Shown: positions 1 through 7,880 of the stretch, piece after piece | How the letters are laid out: each line of letters starts with the position of its first letter | How positions within the stretch are numbered: position 1 is the stretch's first letter | Origin: Candidatus Brocadiia bacterium | GTDB taxonomy: Bacteria; Planctomycetota; Brocadiia; SM23-32 | NCBI GenBank assembly: GCA_046538485.1 | Contig: JBKHIT010000065.1 | Coordinates: forward strand, 1 to 25,760 | Direction: 5' to 3' | DNA length: 25,760 bases | Notes under the pieces: model-generated | What the model saw: only the letters and a program-made list of their open reading frames with translations | The model's database searches: none | Told to the model about the DNA's origin: nothing | Program-made: the position numbers and the translations under genes

Positions 1-14
1 TGGTGCTGTCGGTA

Positions 15-260
15 AGCCCGCGGAGCGGGCGTGGCAGACGTAGCCCGGGGCGAAAAGAGGCCGTTGTTTGGCCGAACGAGCCCTGGGATAACGGAACGTA
101 AGAGAAAGAATGCGGATCGCCTCGCCGCAGGCGAGCGCCGCAGAAGCGGCGACGGACCTCGTCCGTGCGATCCGCTCCGCATTGTTAGCCGTCCTCTCCC
201 CCGGGCTCCCCCTGAATCGGGCTGGCCCGGGGCTACGTCTGCTCCGGCCCTTTGGGCCTC
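15..260. repeat. Large nested palindromic element (REP/MITE-like); left end may lie outside the window
   Basis: Perfect 13-bp inverted repeat GCAGACGTAGCCC (34-46) / GGGCTACGTCTGC (230-242). An inner stem GCGGATCGC (112-120) / GCGATCCGC (167-175) encloses three adjacent hairpins (121-135, 136-151, 152-166). Small terminal hairpins at about 16-30 and 246-258. No credible ORF. Confidence 0.65.
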
Positions 261-289
261 TTTTGAAACGGCAATTGATACGCTAAACA

Positions 290-1040
290 AGTACTTCTCC
301 CAGCCCCTCCCCGTTGTCGCGATGGGGTTGATTCCCCATATTTACCGGCGTACGGCTTTCCCGTACCGGGCGACCCGTCGAAGATTGCCCCTTGCGAGGA
401 GCGGCACAGGCTCCTGCTTCGCCTCTGGTGCGTGCGCCGCTGCATCCGTCAGGCCATCGAGCTGTTAGGAGATGTTTCTTAGCAATCCGTCAGGTTGTCC
501 CCATGCGGGCGGGCCAATTTTGGGCTTGAGGCGAGGGCCGGTTAGGCAATCGTTCTCGCTTCTCCGCATGGCCCCTGCCGTTTCACCGTTGGCTTGTCGG
601 CGGGACGACCTCCACGAGGAGGACGGAGCGGGATATTCACCGGTATGACTCGTTTCCATTGTCTCCAAGTGCTCACACGTATCACCCGCGCAGGTCCCCC
701 GCAGATATCCGCACGTTCTGCGGCGGGAGACGGAGAGGAAAGAGGGTCCGTCTCGGCGCTTCACCTGAGGGGCGGTGGATGGCGCACAGGGCAGGCCGAA
801 GTGCCAACCCCCGGAGCCTCACTGCCTGGCCTCTACGCTACGGTTCCTTCTTCCGGAGGAACCGGTGGATACCGCACTGGCAGCCGTACCCCCGCATGGA
901 ATCGCGGGGTTCGAGCAGCGAGTTCTGTACGGGCGCGGACCCGCACAGGTAGGTTTTGATCCGTTTATTTGCCTCCTTTCCGGTATCTCACCGTTTGACA
1001 AACGTAGACTGAGTAACGAGCCATGACGGCTCACGCGCCC
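290..1040 (-). ncRNA. ORF-less group II intron-like (IIA-like) structured RNA; 3' end not resolved
   Basis: Minus-strand motifs are collinear with IIA introns such as Ll.LtrB (compared from memory): GCGCG 5' end (1038-1034) plus hairpin, AGTC (1010-1007), GTGAGATA (991-984), GGGTACGGCTG (891-881), GAAACG...ATGCGGAGAA (584-560), TGCCTAA (548-542), ACGGA J2/3-like (449-445), GGCGAAG DIII-like (423-417), a tiny DIV with a GCAA tetraloop (395-392), a DV-like CGC-5bp-AC-bulge hairpin (374-345) and a DVI-like GGGGAGGGGCTGGGAGAAGTAC (312-291). G-U pairs favour the minus strand. Confidence 0.6.
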
Positions 1041-1396
1041 CTGCGGGGCTAAACGGGAGTTGGAACACCAGTATTTATTGCCGGCACAACTCTCTTACTG
1101 CGTTGCCCCCATCGGCGCAGGACCGATGGCGGGCCAAAGGTGAGTTGAAGGCACGTAGTGAGCTAATCGCCGCGCCACCGACACAGGGTCGGCGGAGACC
1201 AGAACTTTTTGCCGCCTATCCCTTTTTATCGCATCCCCGACTACATGGCACGCAAGCGGACTCCAGAGCTTTATTCGAAGATTCCACCCCTCGAAAGCTG
1301 CCGTCCTTACGCGCAATGACCCGGGCTGTTGTAACCCGCAGCCGGCCGTTGATGCCCGCGTCCTTAATTACCAATCTGGAAAAAGTTTTTCGTTAT

Positions 1397-1476
1397 GTGG
1401 CATTTTACCCCTTGACGGACTCCGTTTACCCCCTATAATGCAGGATGAGCCGGGAAGCGAAGGGGCAAATTTCCCC
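1397..1476. promoter_or_regulatory. Two putative operator palindromes flanking the sigma70 promoter
   Basis: GTGGCATTTTACCCC (1397-1411, abutting the -35) and GGGGCAAATTTCCCC (1462-1476) both resemble the perfect palindrome GGGGCATTTTGCCCC at 7086-7100. Confidence 0.5.
1412..1439 (+). promoter_or_regulatory. sigma70 promoter of the H2-sensor operon
   Basis: TTGACG (1412-1417), 16-bp spacer, perfect TATAAT (1434-1439), about 70 bp upstream of the ATG at 1511. Confidence 0.75.
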
Positions 1477-1510
1477 GGCCGGCGGTTATATTAAGAGCGT
1501 TGGAGCGCAT

Positions 1511-2509
1511 ATGATAAAATTACTGTGGCTGCAGGCCAGCTGCTGTGGAGGAGAGACCGTCTCGCTGCTGAATGCGGAGCAGCCGGATCTTCTCACCACG
1601 TTTGATCTTCTCGGGGTGGACCTCGTCTGGCACCCCTCTTTCAGCCGGACACAGGGCGACGCAGCGCGGGAATTGCTGAACAAGTGTGTCAACGGCGAGA
1701 AAAACCTTGATATTCTTGTTATCGAAGGTGCCGTGCCGACCGGTGAGGATGAACGCCCCAGGGGGCTGGGACCTGAGGGACCGGGTATTGCGTGGCAGAT
1801 CGAACGGCTGGCCGGAGTTGCCAAACATGTCATGGCTGCCGGGACGTGCGCGTGTTTCGGGGGAGTGATGTGCGCGGGTTCAGGTCGCACCTCGGCCACA
1901 GGGGTGCAGTTTCAGCGTCAGGACTTCGGCGGACTTCTTGAACCAGATTTTCGGTCGGGAGCGGGTCTGCCCGTGGTGAATGTCCCGGGCTGTCCGGCGC
2001 ATCCGGACTGGATCACAGGAACGCTCACTGAGCTGGCCCGGGACAGCCTTCAGGAGAACGATCTGGACCAGTATAATCGCCCGCGGATGTTCTATTCTAA
2101 ACTGGCCCATCACGGTTGTCCGCGCAACGAATACTATGAATTCAAAGCTTCGGCCGAGAAATACTCCCAGCAGGGATGTCTGTTCGAAAATTTGGGGTGC
2201 AAGGGGACGCAGTGCGATTCAGATTGCAACGAGCGTTTATGGCTGGCTCGCACGGGCAGCTGCACCCGGGGGGGGTTCCCCTGTCTTTCGTGCACGTCGC
2301 CGAAATGGCCGGAAGGATTCGTGCCGTTCTTTGAGACCGAGAAGATCGGCGATGTGCCGACCACCCTCCCGCTCGATGTGCCGAAGGCCTGGTATGTGGG
2401 GATCAGTGGCCTCGCTAAACTTGCCTGCCCGGAAAGATTGTCTGTTAATGCCGTGAGTTTCAAACCAGTGGAGTCGGACGATGGGGACGAACAAGAATAT
2501 AGTGTTTAG
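1511..2509 (+). CDS. hupU: Regulatory (H2-sensing) [NiFe] hydrogenase small subunit, HupU/HoxB-like
   Basis: ATG at 1511 after GGAG (1502-1505). No Tat leader. Motifs LLWLQ, VEG-like IEGAV, GTCACFGG, VPGCPAHP, HGCPRNEYYEFK, GCLFENLGCKG, SCTRGGFPCLSC, and the HupU/HoxB-type C-terminal tail (LPLDVPKAWY...PERL). Confidence 0.9.
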   Translation: MIKLLWLQASCCGGETVSLLNAEQPDLLTTFDLLGVDLVWHPSFSRTQGDAARELLNKCVNGEKNLDILVIEGAVPTGEDERPRGLGPEGPGIAWQIERLAGVAKHVMAAGTCACFGGVMCAGSGRTSATGVQFQRQDFGGLLEPDFRSGAGLPVVNVPGCPAHPDWITGTLTELARDSLQENDLDQYNRPRMFYSKLAHHGCPRNEYYEFKASAEKYSQQGCLFENLGCKGTQCDSDCNERLWLARTGSCTRGGFPCLSCTSPKWPEGFVPFFETEKIGDVPTTLPLDVPKAWYVGISGLAKLACPERLSVNAVSFKPVESDDGDEQEYSV

Positions 2510-3917
2510 TCCGTTCACCCGGGTGGAGGGAGACCTGCGGCTGGGTGTGGAAGTTGAGGACGGGACCGTGGATTCGGCCCGCGCGTCCGGAACACTTTTT
2601 CGGAATTTTGAGAACCTTTTACGTGGGCGCGATCCCATGGATGCGATCGTGGTTCTCTGCCGGATTTGTGGTCAGTGTGGGGCGGCCCATTCCCGGGCGT
2701 CGGCCGGTTCTCTCGCCGATGCGTTCGGCGTTGAGCCACCAAAGAACGGTTTTCTTGCGGCGACAGTCATACAGGCGGCGGAATTTATTCTGAGCCATAT
2801 GGCGCACTTCTATTTTTCCTTTGCGCCGGATCTCTGTGGTCTCCCGGAACAGGAGGACCTCGAGGAACGGTTTGAACCCGTCCGGGGAAGTTCCTTTCGC
2901 CAGGCCGTCAAAGTCCGACGGACCCTGCTCGGGCTGATGGGGCTGTTTGCCGGAAAATGGCCCAATACTCTCGCCATCCAACCCGGTGGCGTCACGCGTC
3001 CTCTGACGGAAGGAGAACTCATCCGCTCAAAAGGGATTCTCGCCGAGTTTCAACGCGGGGTTGAAGGTAGTTTGCTGCGCGGTCGACTCGATGATTGGCT
3101 CGCTAATACCTGCTTTGAAGATGTTGAACGATGGTTGGAAACGGACGATCATTCCGAAAGCGATCTCGGTCTGCTGATCCGGCGAGGAATGGACAATGGT
3201 TTGACGGAGATCGGCAAAGGCCCGGCCCGGTTTCTATCGACCGGTTGTCTCGAATTGGGCCGGGGCGAAAGCTGGCTCAGAGCGGGATACCGAGACGAAG
3301 ATATTCGAGATCTGGAGGCGACGGCGATCACCGAGGATGTGGCATTTTCGTGGTTTGATTCCGGTGGAAAACACCCCTCAGAGCAGGGCACAATTCCCGC
3401 TCCGGACAAAAAAAAGGCCTACAGCTGGGCCAAAGCTCCCAGATACAAAGGAAAATCGGTGGAAGTCGGACCGCTCGCACGGATGGTGATCGACGGCGAC
3501 CCTCTGGCCCTGGACTTGAACGAGAAGTTTGGGCCCTCCGTTTTGACGAGAAGCGTGATGCGAATCCATGAGATGTTACGGCTCATGAAAGCTATGGAAA
3601 GCTGGATTGAAGAAATCGATCCCGAACGACCGTTCTGCCGCAGCGCCGACGTCTCCGGGATGGGCGAGGGTTGTGCTTTGACGGGAGCCCCCAGGGGCGT
3701 GCTCGGGCACTGGCTGCGGGTCGAAAAAGGACGGATACGCAACTATCAGGTGGTCACACCGACCAGCTGGAATCTGTCGCCCAGGGACTCAAACGACCAC
3801 CCCGGTCCTCTGGAAGAAGCCCTTGTAGGCACCCCGGTGGAGGATCCCGATCAGGCCACAAACGTCGCGCTGGTGGTTCGGTCGTATGACCCCTGTCTCT
3901 ACTGCAGTGTTCACTGA
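2481..3917 (+). CDS. hupV: Regulatory [NiFe] hydrogenase large subunit, HupV/HoxC-like (group 2b-type)
   Basis: PFTRVEGDL N-terminus, L1 RICGQC, GKWPNTLAIQPGG, YSWAKAPR, APRGVLGHW, PTSWN. L2 DPCLYCSVH ends at the stop with no cleavable extension, as in sensory hydrogenases. Confidence 0.92.
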   Translation: MGTNKNIVFSPFTRVEGDLRLGVEVEDGTVDSARASGTLFRNFENLLRGRDPMDAIVVLCRICGQCGAAHSRASAGSLADAFGVEPPKNGFLAATVIQAAEFILSHMAHFYFSFAPDLCGLPEQEDLEERFEPVRGSSFRQAVKVRRTLLGLMGLFAGKWPNTLAIQPGGVTRPLTEGELIRSKGILAEFQRGVEGSLLRGRLDDWLANTCFEDVERWLETDDHSESDLGLLIRRGMDNGLTEIGKGPARFLSTGCLELGRGESWLRAGYRDEDIRDLEATAITEDVAFSWFDSGGKHPSEQGTIPAPDKKKAYSWAKAPRYKGKSVEVGPLARMVIDGDPLALDLNEKFGPSVLTRSVMRIHEMLRLMKAMESWIEEIDPERPFCRSADVSGMGEGCALTGAPRGVLGHWLRVEKGRIRNYQVVTPTSWNLSPRDSNDHPGPLEEALVGTPVEDPDQATNVALVVRSYDPCLYCSVH

Positions 3918-3929
3918 GCGAGGATTTCA

Positions 3930-5216
3930 ATGCCGAGCAAGGTATCTCAATGGGAAGCGCAGGAAAGTGTCTGGGTGCAGATTATCCAGCAGATGGAGGA
4001 ATTGTACGCGCAGCTGGCGGATTCTCAAGCGGAAATTGAACGACACGCCGAAGAACTCAGAGATGCCAAAAAACTTGTCGATAATATCATCCGTAGCATG
4101 AGCGATGTGCTGATCGCAGTCGATTCCTCCGGGACCATCACTCTGGTGAACGAGGCCGTCGACCGGTTGTTCGGTTTTTCCGAGGAAGAGTTGGAAGGAG
4201 CAACTCTGGCAAAACTTCTTCCGGGGGAAGCGCAAAAGCAGAAATGGAGCTGGCCCCGGCTCAGCCGCAGGATCCGAAAAAGCGGTTCGTTGCGCGAGGT
4301 GGAAACGCGCTGGCAGGCCCGGCGCGGAAACCTCATACCCGTGGGGGTCACGGTGTCTGCCCTGAGGGACGAGTGGGAGGAAGTTGCCGGGGCGGTGCTT
4401 GTGGTTCGGGATCTGAGGGAGCGCAAACGCCGGATAGCTGAGGCCCAGGCCGCCACCGCCGCCGCCCGTGAAAAAGCCAGGGAACTTGAAGAAGCAAACG
4501 AAAACCTGAAACGACTTCAGGACGAACTCGTCCAGGCTGCCAAAATGAGTTCTCTTGGCCGGCTGGCGGCCGGGGTGGCTCATGAACTCAATAATCCCCT
4601 GGGCGGCATTATGCTCTACAGCGACCTGCTGCTGGAAGATATTCCAAAAGGGGATACCCGGCGCCCCACGGTCGAGAAGATCGCCGACCAGACCAGTCGT
4701 TGCCGCAGTATTGTGCAGGACCTGCTGGAATTCTCTCGACCTGCCCAGGCTGCCTCCCGACCCGTCGATATCAATTCCTTGCTTGAGGAAGCCGTGAATA
4801 TCCTCGAAGGACAACAGGTGTTCCACAATGTCTCAAGCCACTGGAAACTGGCCGAGGAAATCCCCTCGCTGACCGGGGACCCCGACCGGCTCCGGCAGAC
4901 GTTCCTTAACATAGTCCTGAATGCCGTCGAAGCGATGGAAGGAAAGGGAGAACTGTATCTCCGGACAAGCGTCAAGGATGGCAAAGTGACGATCGAAATC
5001 CAGGATTCAGGCTGTGGTCTCACCGAGGAGCAACAGGAACATCTTTTTGAGCCGTTCTACACGACAAAAGAGACGGGAACGGGGCTCGGATTACCAGTCA
5101 CCTACGGGATAATCGAACGACATGGCGGGGACATCGAAGTCGAAAGTGAAAAAGGTCAGGGTGCAACTTTTCGAATCAGCCTCCCCCTGACCGAGGAGGG
5201 CGAAAGGGATGAATGA
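3930..5216 (+). CDS. hupT: PAS-domain histidine kinase, HupT/HoxJ-like
   Basis: N-terminal VWVQIIQQMEELYAQL...SMSDVL typical of HupT/HoxJ; PAS domain; H-box LAAGVAHELNNP; N-box NIVLNA; DSGCG, FEPFYTTK, GTGLGL. Directly follows hupUV. Confidence 0.85.
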   Translation: MPSKVSQWEAQESVWVQIIQQMEELYAQLADSQAEIERHAEELRDAKKLVDNIIRSMSDVLIAVDSSGTITLVNEAVDRLFGFSEEELEGATLAKLLPGEAQKQKWSWPRLSRRIRKSGSLREVETRWQARRGNLIPVGVTVSALRDEWEEVAGAVLVVRDLRERKRRIAEAQAATAAAREKARELEEANENLKRLQDELVQAAKMSSLGRLAAGVAHELNNPLGGIMLYSDLLLEDIPKGDTRRPTVEKIADQTSRCRSIVQDLLEFSRPAQAASRPVDINSLLEEAVNILEGQQVFHNVSSHWKLAEEIPSLTGDPDRLRQTFLNIVLNAVEAMEGKGELYLRTSVKDGKVTIEIQDSGCGLTEEQQEHLFEPFYTTKETGTGLGLPVTYGIIERHGGDIEVESEKGQGATFRISLPLTEEGERDE

Positions 5217-6573
5217 AGGCGGCAGAGTGCTCGTTGTCGATGACGAAGAAGTTATCCGGGATAGCTGCCGGGAAGTGCTCGAGCGCGAGGGGCTCAGTGT
5301 GGCAGAAGCCGAAAATGCACCCGCAGCTCTCAACGTTCTCGACCAGGAGAGATGGGACGTGGTGCTTCTCGACCTGAAAATGCCCGGGGTCAGCGGTCTG
5401 GAAGCCCTTAAAAAAATCAAAAATCGTGATAGCGAACCCGTAGTAATTATCATTACCGGCTACCCGAGCGTCCAGACCGCCGTGGAAGCTATGAAATGGG
5501 GAGCGATGGATTATCTGACCAAACCGTTTGATTGCGAAAAGCTTACGGCGACGGTCGGTCGGGCACTGGCACGCCGAGACCTGGAGTTGAGCAGCTATCC
5601 CGGAGAAAGAGGCGCGGAAGATCAATCCCCGAGCGGCTCCATGCTTGTGGGGGAAACACCCCAGATCAAAGAGATCCGCTCCCTGATCAAACAGGTGGCG
5701 GAGACAGAAAGTACCATTCTGATTATGGGGGAGAGCGGGACCGGGAAAGAAGTGGTCGCGCGAATGCTCCACCAGCAAAGCGCCCGGAGCGATGAACCTT
5801 TCGTGGTCGTTGACTGTACAACGCTGGTAGACTCACTGGTGGAAAATGAGCTGTTCGGCCACGTCAAAGGGTCGTTCACCGGAGCCTCGGAAACGAGACG
5901 TGGGCGATTCGAGATGGCCGAGGGCGGCACGCTGTTTCTGGACGAAGTGGGCTCAATCGACAAAGGGTTGCAGTCGAAATTGCTGCGCGCAATTGAACGA
6001 GGAGAAATCGTGCGGGTCGGGTCGAACGAAGCTATCCACGTCGACGTCCGTGTCATCGCGGCCTCCAATACCGATCTTGCACGCGCCGTGGAGGATGGTG
6101 AGTTCCGGGAAGATCTCTACTATCGCCTGAGCGTCGTTCCGATTGTGCTCCCGCCGTTGCGGCAAAGAAAAGAAGATATCCCGCTGCTGGCTCGCCATTT
6201 TCTTGAACTTCATGCCGAAAACCGCAAACGAGATGTCCGTCGGATTAGCGATGACGCCATGGATGTTCTTAAAGCACACGATTGGCCCGGGAACGTGCGC
6301 GAACTCTCCAATGCCATCGAACGGGCCGTGGTGCTTGCGGAAGGGGAAGAGATCGTCCCCCAGCTGCTTCTCCATTACGGGTTTACCTACAGTCCCGACC
6401 GCGTTCGGAGTGACGCGGATGTGCCGACACTTGAAGAACTGGAAGAGCGTCACATCCGCCGCGTTCTCCGCCGCACCGGCGGCAACAAAACACGCGCGGC
6501 CGAACTTCTCGGAATCGACCGTAAGACGATCTACCGGAAACTTCAGCAGTTTGAAGAAGAGGAATCGGGCTGA
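5209..6573 (+). CDS. NtrC-family sigma54-dependent response regulator (REC-AAA+-HTH)
   Basis: REC (VVDDE, LDLKMP, KPF); Walker A GESGTGKE; GSFTGA; FLDEVG; FREDLYYRL; WPGNVREL; Fis-type HTH GGNKTRAAELLGIDRKTIYRKL. Overlaps the kinase stop. Confidence 0.95.
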   Translation: MNEGGRVLVVDDEEVIRDSCREVLEREGLSVAEAENAPAALNVLDQERWDVVLLDLKMPGVSGLEALKKIKNRDSEPVVIIITGYPSVQTAVEAMKWGAMDYLTKPFDCEKLTATVGRALARRDLELSSYPGERGAEDQSPSGSMLVGETPQIKEIRSLIKQVAETESTILIMGESGTGKEVVARMLHQQSARSDEPFVVVDCTTLVDSLVENELFGHVKGSFTGASETRRGRFEMAEGGTLFLDEVGSIDKGLQSKLLRAIERGEIVRVGSNEAIHVDVRVIAASNTDLARAVEDGEFREDLYYRLSVVPIVLPPLRQRKEDIPLLARHFLELHAENRKRDVRRISDDAMDVLKAHDWPGNVRELSNAIERAVVLAEGEEIVPQLLLHYGFTYSPDRVRSDADVPTLEELEERHIRRVLRRTGGNKTRAAELLGIDRKTIYRKLQQFEEEESG

Positions 6574-6719
6574 GGGGGCAGACGGGAAATACGGCGTCGG
6601 AGATTTTGACGCCCGAGGCGGACAGACTCGGTCGCAAGGGCAAACCGCTGAGCGGTTGCGTTTGTCGAGTACTTCGATTTCAAACCGCGGCGCGAGGAAT
6701 ACATGAGGGAGGCGTTGAA

Positions 6720-6890
6720 ATGACAGAGGATATCGATGTCGAGCGGATCCAGCAGTTGATCAGTTCCATGCGGGAGTCCGTCAGCATGCTATGCGAACTG
6801 GCGGAGCTGGAGAAAGGGGAATTTAATGGGGATCGGCACAAGCAGAGCAGCGCAGCCTCAGAGCTTCTTAACCGCTGGAAACTGCGATGA
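6720..6890 (+). CDS. Putative small helical protein (56 aa), unknown function
   Basis: GGAGG at 6708-6712 before ATG 6720; amphipathic helical-looking sequence. No recognised domain. Confidence 0.35.
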   Translation: MTEDIDVERIQQLISSMRESVSMLCELAELEKGEFNGDRHKQSSAASELLNRWKLR

Positions 6891-7063
6891 TACCAGAGTG
6901 TGATCTTTCCGGGCTGAAGCTCCCCTCTGGTCCTGCGCACGATGGAGGGCTGCGCCCGCCCGGTGCGGCGTGGAGTGGCGAACCGTTTCCCCGCCGACAG
7001 GTGGTCGACGGAGAAGCCAAACGACGGATCACAGTTCCATCCGCAGTTTATGGGCGTAAAAGC

Positions 7064-7101
7064 GGGGCAGCGCGCCTCGGGGGCCGGGGCATTTTGCCCC
7101 G
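7064..7101. promoter_or_regulatory. Putative tandem enhancer (UAS) sites for a sigma54 activator
   Basis: Perfect palindrome CGGGGCA-TTT-TGCCCCG (7085-7101) and a degenerate copy GGGGCAGCGCGCCTC (7064-7078) offset by 22 bp, about 260 bp upstream of a -24/-12 promoter. Confidence 0.55.
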
Positions 7102-7359
7102 ATCTGGGGTCGTGGTCGCCGGAGACGTTGTCGGCTTCCGGAACCCGTGGCCCGGCTGAACTCCAGGCAGCTATCTCTTCGAGAGATGCCTGTGCGGCGC
7201 GATAGCGAAAGCCTGGCTTTATGATGTAAGTAATGTTCGAACAAGGGCTTAGCAGCCACCACCACGCTGCGGAATCCGGCAAAAACCGAAAAGCCTTCCC
7301 GCCCGTCGGGCTGCCGAGCCTCTCCATAACTGCCTTTTCGATTCTATTTTGGAATCCCC

Positions 7360-7375
7360 TGGCGTGGATTTTGCA
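7360..7375 (+). promoter_or_regulatory. sigma54 (-24/-12) promoter
   Basis: TGGCGTGGATTTTGCA: GG (7361-7362)-N10-GC (7373-7374), close to the TGGCAC-N5-TTGCW consensus, 70 bp upstream of the ATG at 7445 and downstream of a sigma54 activator gene. Confidence 0.75.
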
Positions 7376-7444
7376 ATACCTGTTTGCCAGCTTGACAGGT
7401 ATTGGATTCTTTCGAGCAATCAGGTGATCCGCTGAGGGGAAAGA

Positions 7445-7840
7445 ATGAGCGAAAATCGAAGGAAAATACTCGTCGTGGACGACGATGAGGACTATCAGGC
7501 CGCGGTAAGAAAGATTCTGGAGGACGCGGGCTACGAGGTCGTTTCTGCTTTCAATAAACAGGAGGGGCTGAAATCGCTGCACACCGATGATCCCGACCTT
7601 CTCATCCTGGACATCATGATGGATAAAAGCACGGACGGGTTCTTTTTCCTGTATGAGATGGGTGAAGAGGAAGGAATGGAGAGGCCCCCCGTGCTGTCGG
7701 TCAGCGTAATAGAGGAAGAAACAGGAATGGATTTCTCTCCGACTTCCGATGAGGATTATTTTCCCGCCGATGATTTTCTCAGCAAACCCGTGGATCCCGA
7801 AGAACTCATCTCCCGAGTCGAAAAGTTGCTGTCCCGGTGA
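7445..7840 (+). CDS. Single-domain response regulator (REC)
   Basis: ILVVDDDED, LILDIMM phosphoacceptor, FLSKPV; GAGGGG RBS. Confidence 0.92.
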   Translation: MSENRRKILVVDDDEDYQAAVRKILEDAGYEVVSAFNKQEGLKSLHTDDPDLLILDIMMDKSTDGFFFLYEMGEEEGMERPPVLSVSVIEEETGMDFSPTSDEDYFPADDFLSKPVDPEELISRVEKLLSR

Positions 7841-7880
7841 AATTGTGATCGGATTGCGCAGGAACAACGAGTGAACAAAT

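Noticed and set aside
1..80. TGGTG at the window start as a tRNA/tmRNA CCA end
   Set aside because: No T-loop or cloverleaf at the required spacing.
444..494. Duplicated CCTGACGGAT (minus strand) as a hammerhead core
   Set aside because: It does not match CUGANGA and has no suitably placed GAAA stem arrangement. It is better explained as a duplicated DII/J2-3-like segment.
942..946. GTGCG on the minus strand as the intron 5' end
   Set aside because: IIA-like domain I motifs (AGTC, GTGAGATA) lie upstream of it, so about 1038-1040 fits better. Not fully excluded.
31..1438. Short ORFs on both strands in the first 1.4 kb
   Set aside because: No recognisable domains. They have the Arg/Pro/Gly-rich composition of GC-rich non-coding DNA and overlap hairpin-dense sequence.
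1445..1510. Longer N-terminus of the hydrogenase small subunit from ATG 1445
   Set aside because: It sits at the predicted TSS and has no RBS or Tat motif. ATG 1511 has an RBS and matches the family start.
2268..3415. G8 (2268-2275) and A8 (3408-3415) runs as phase-variation tracts
   Set aside because: Short, in frame, and explained by Arg-Gly-Gly and Lys-Lys-Lys codons.
7392..7425. TTGACA as a sigma70 -35
   Set aside because: No acceptable -10 at 16-18 bp.
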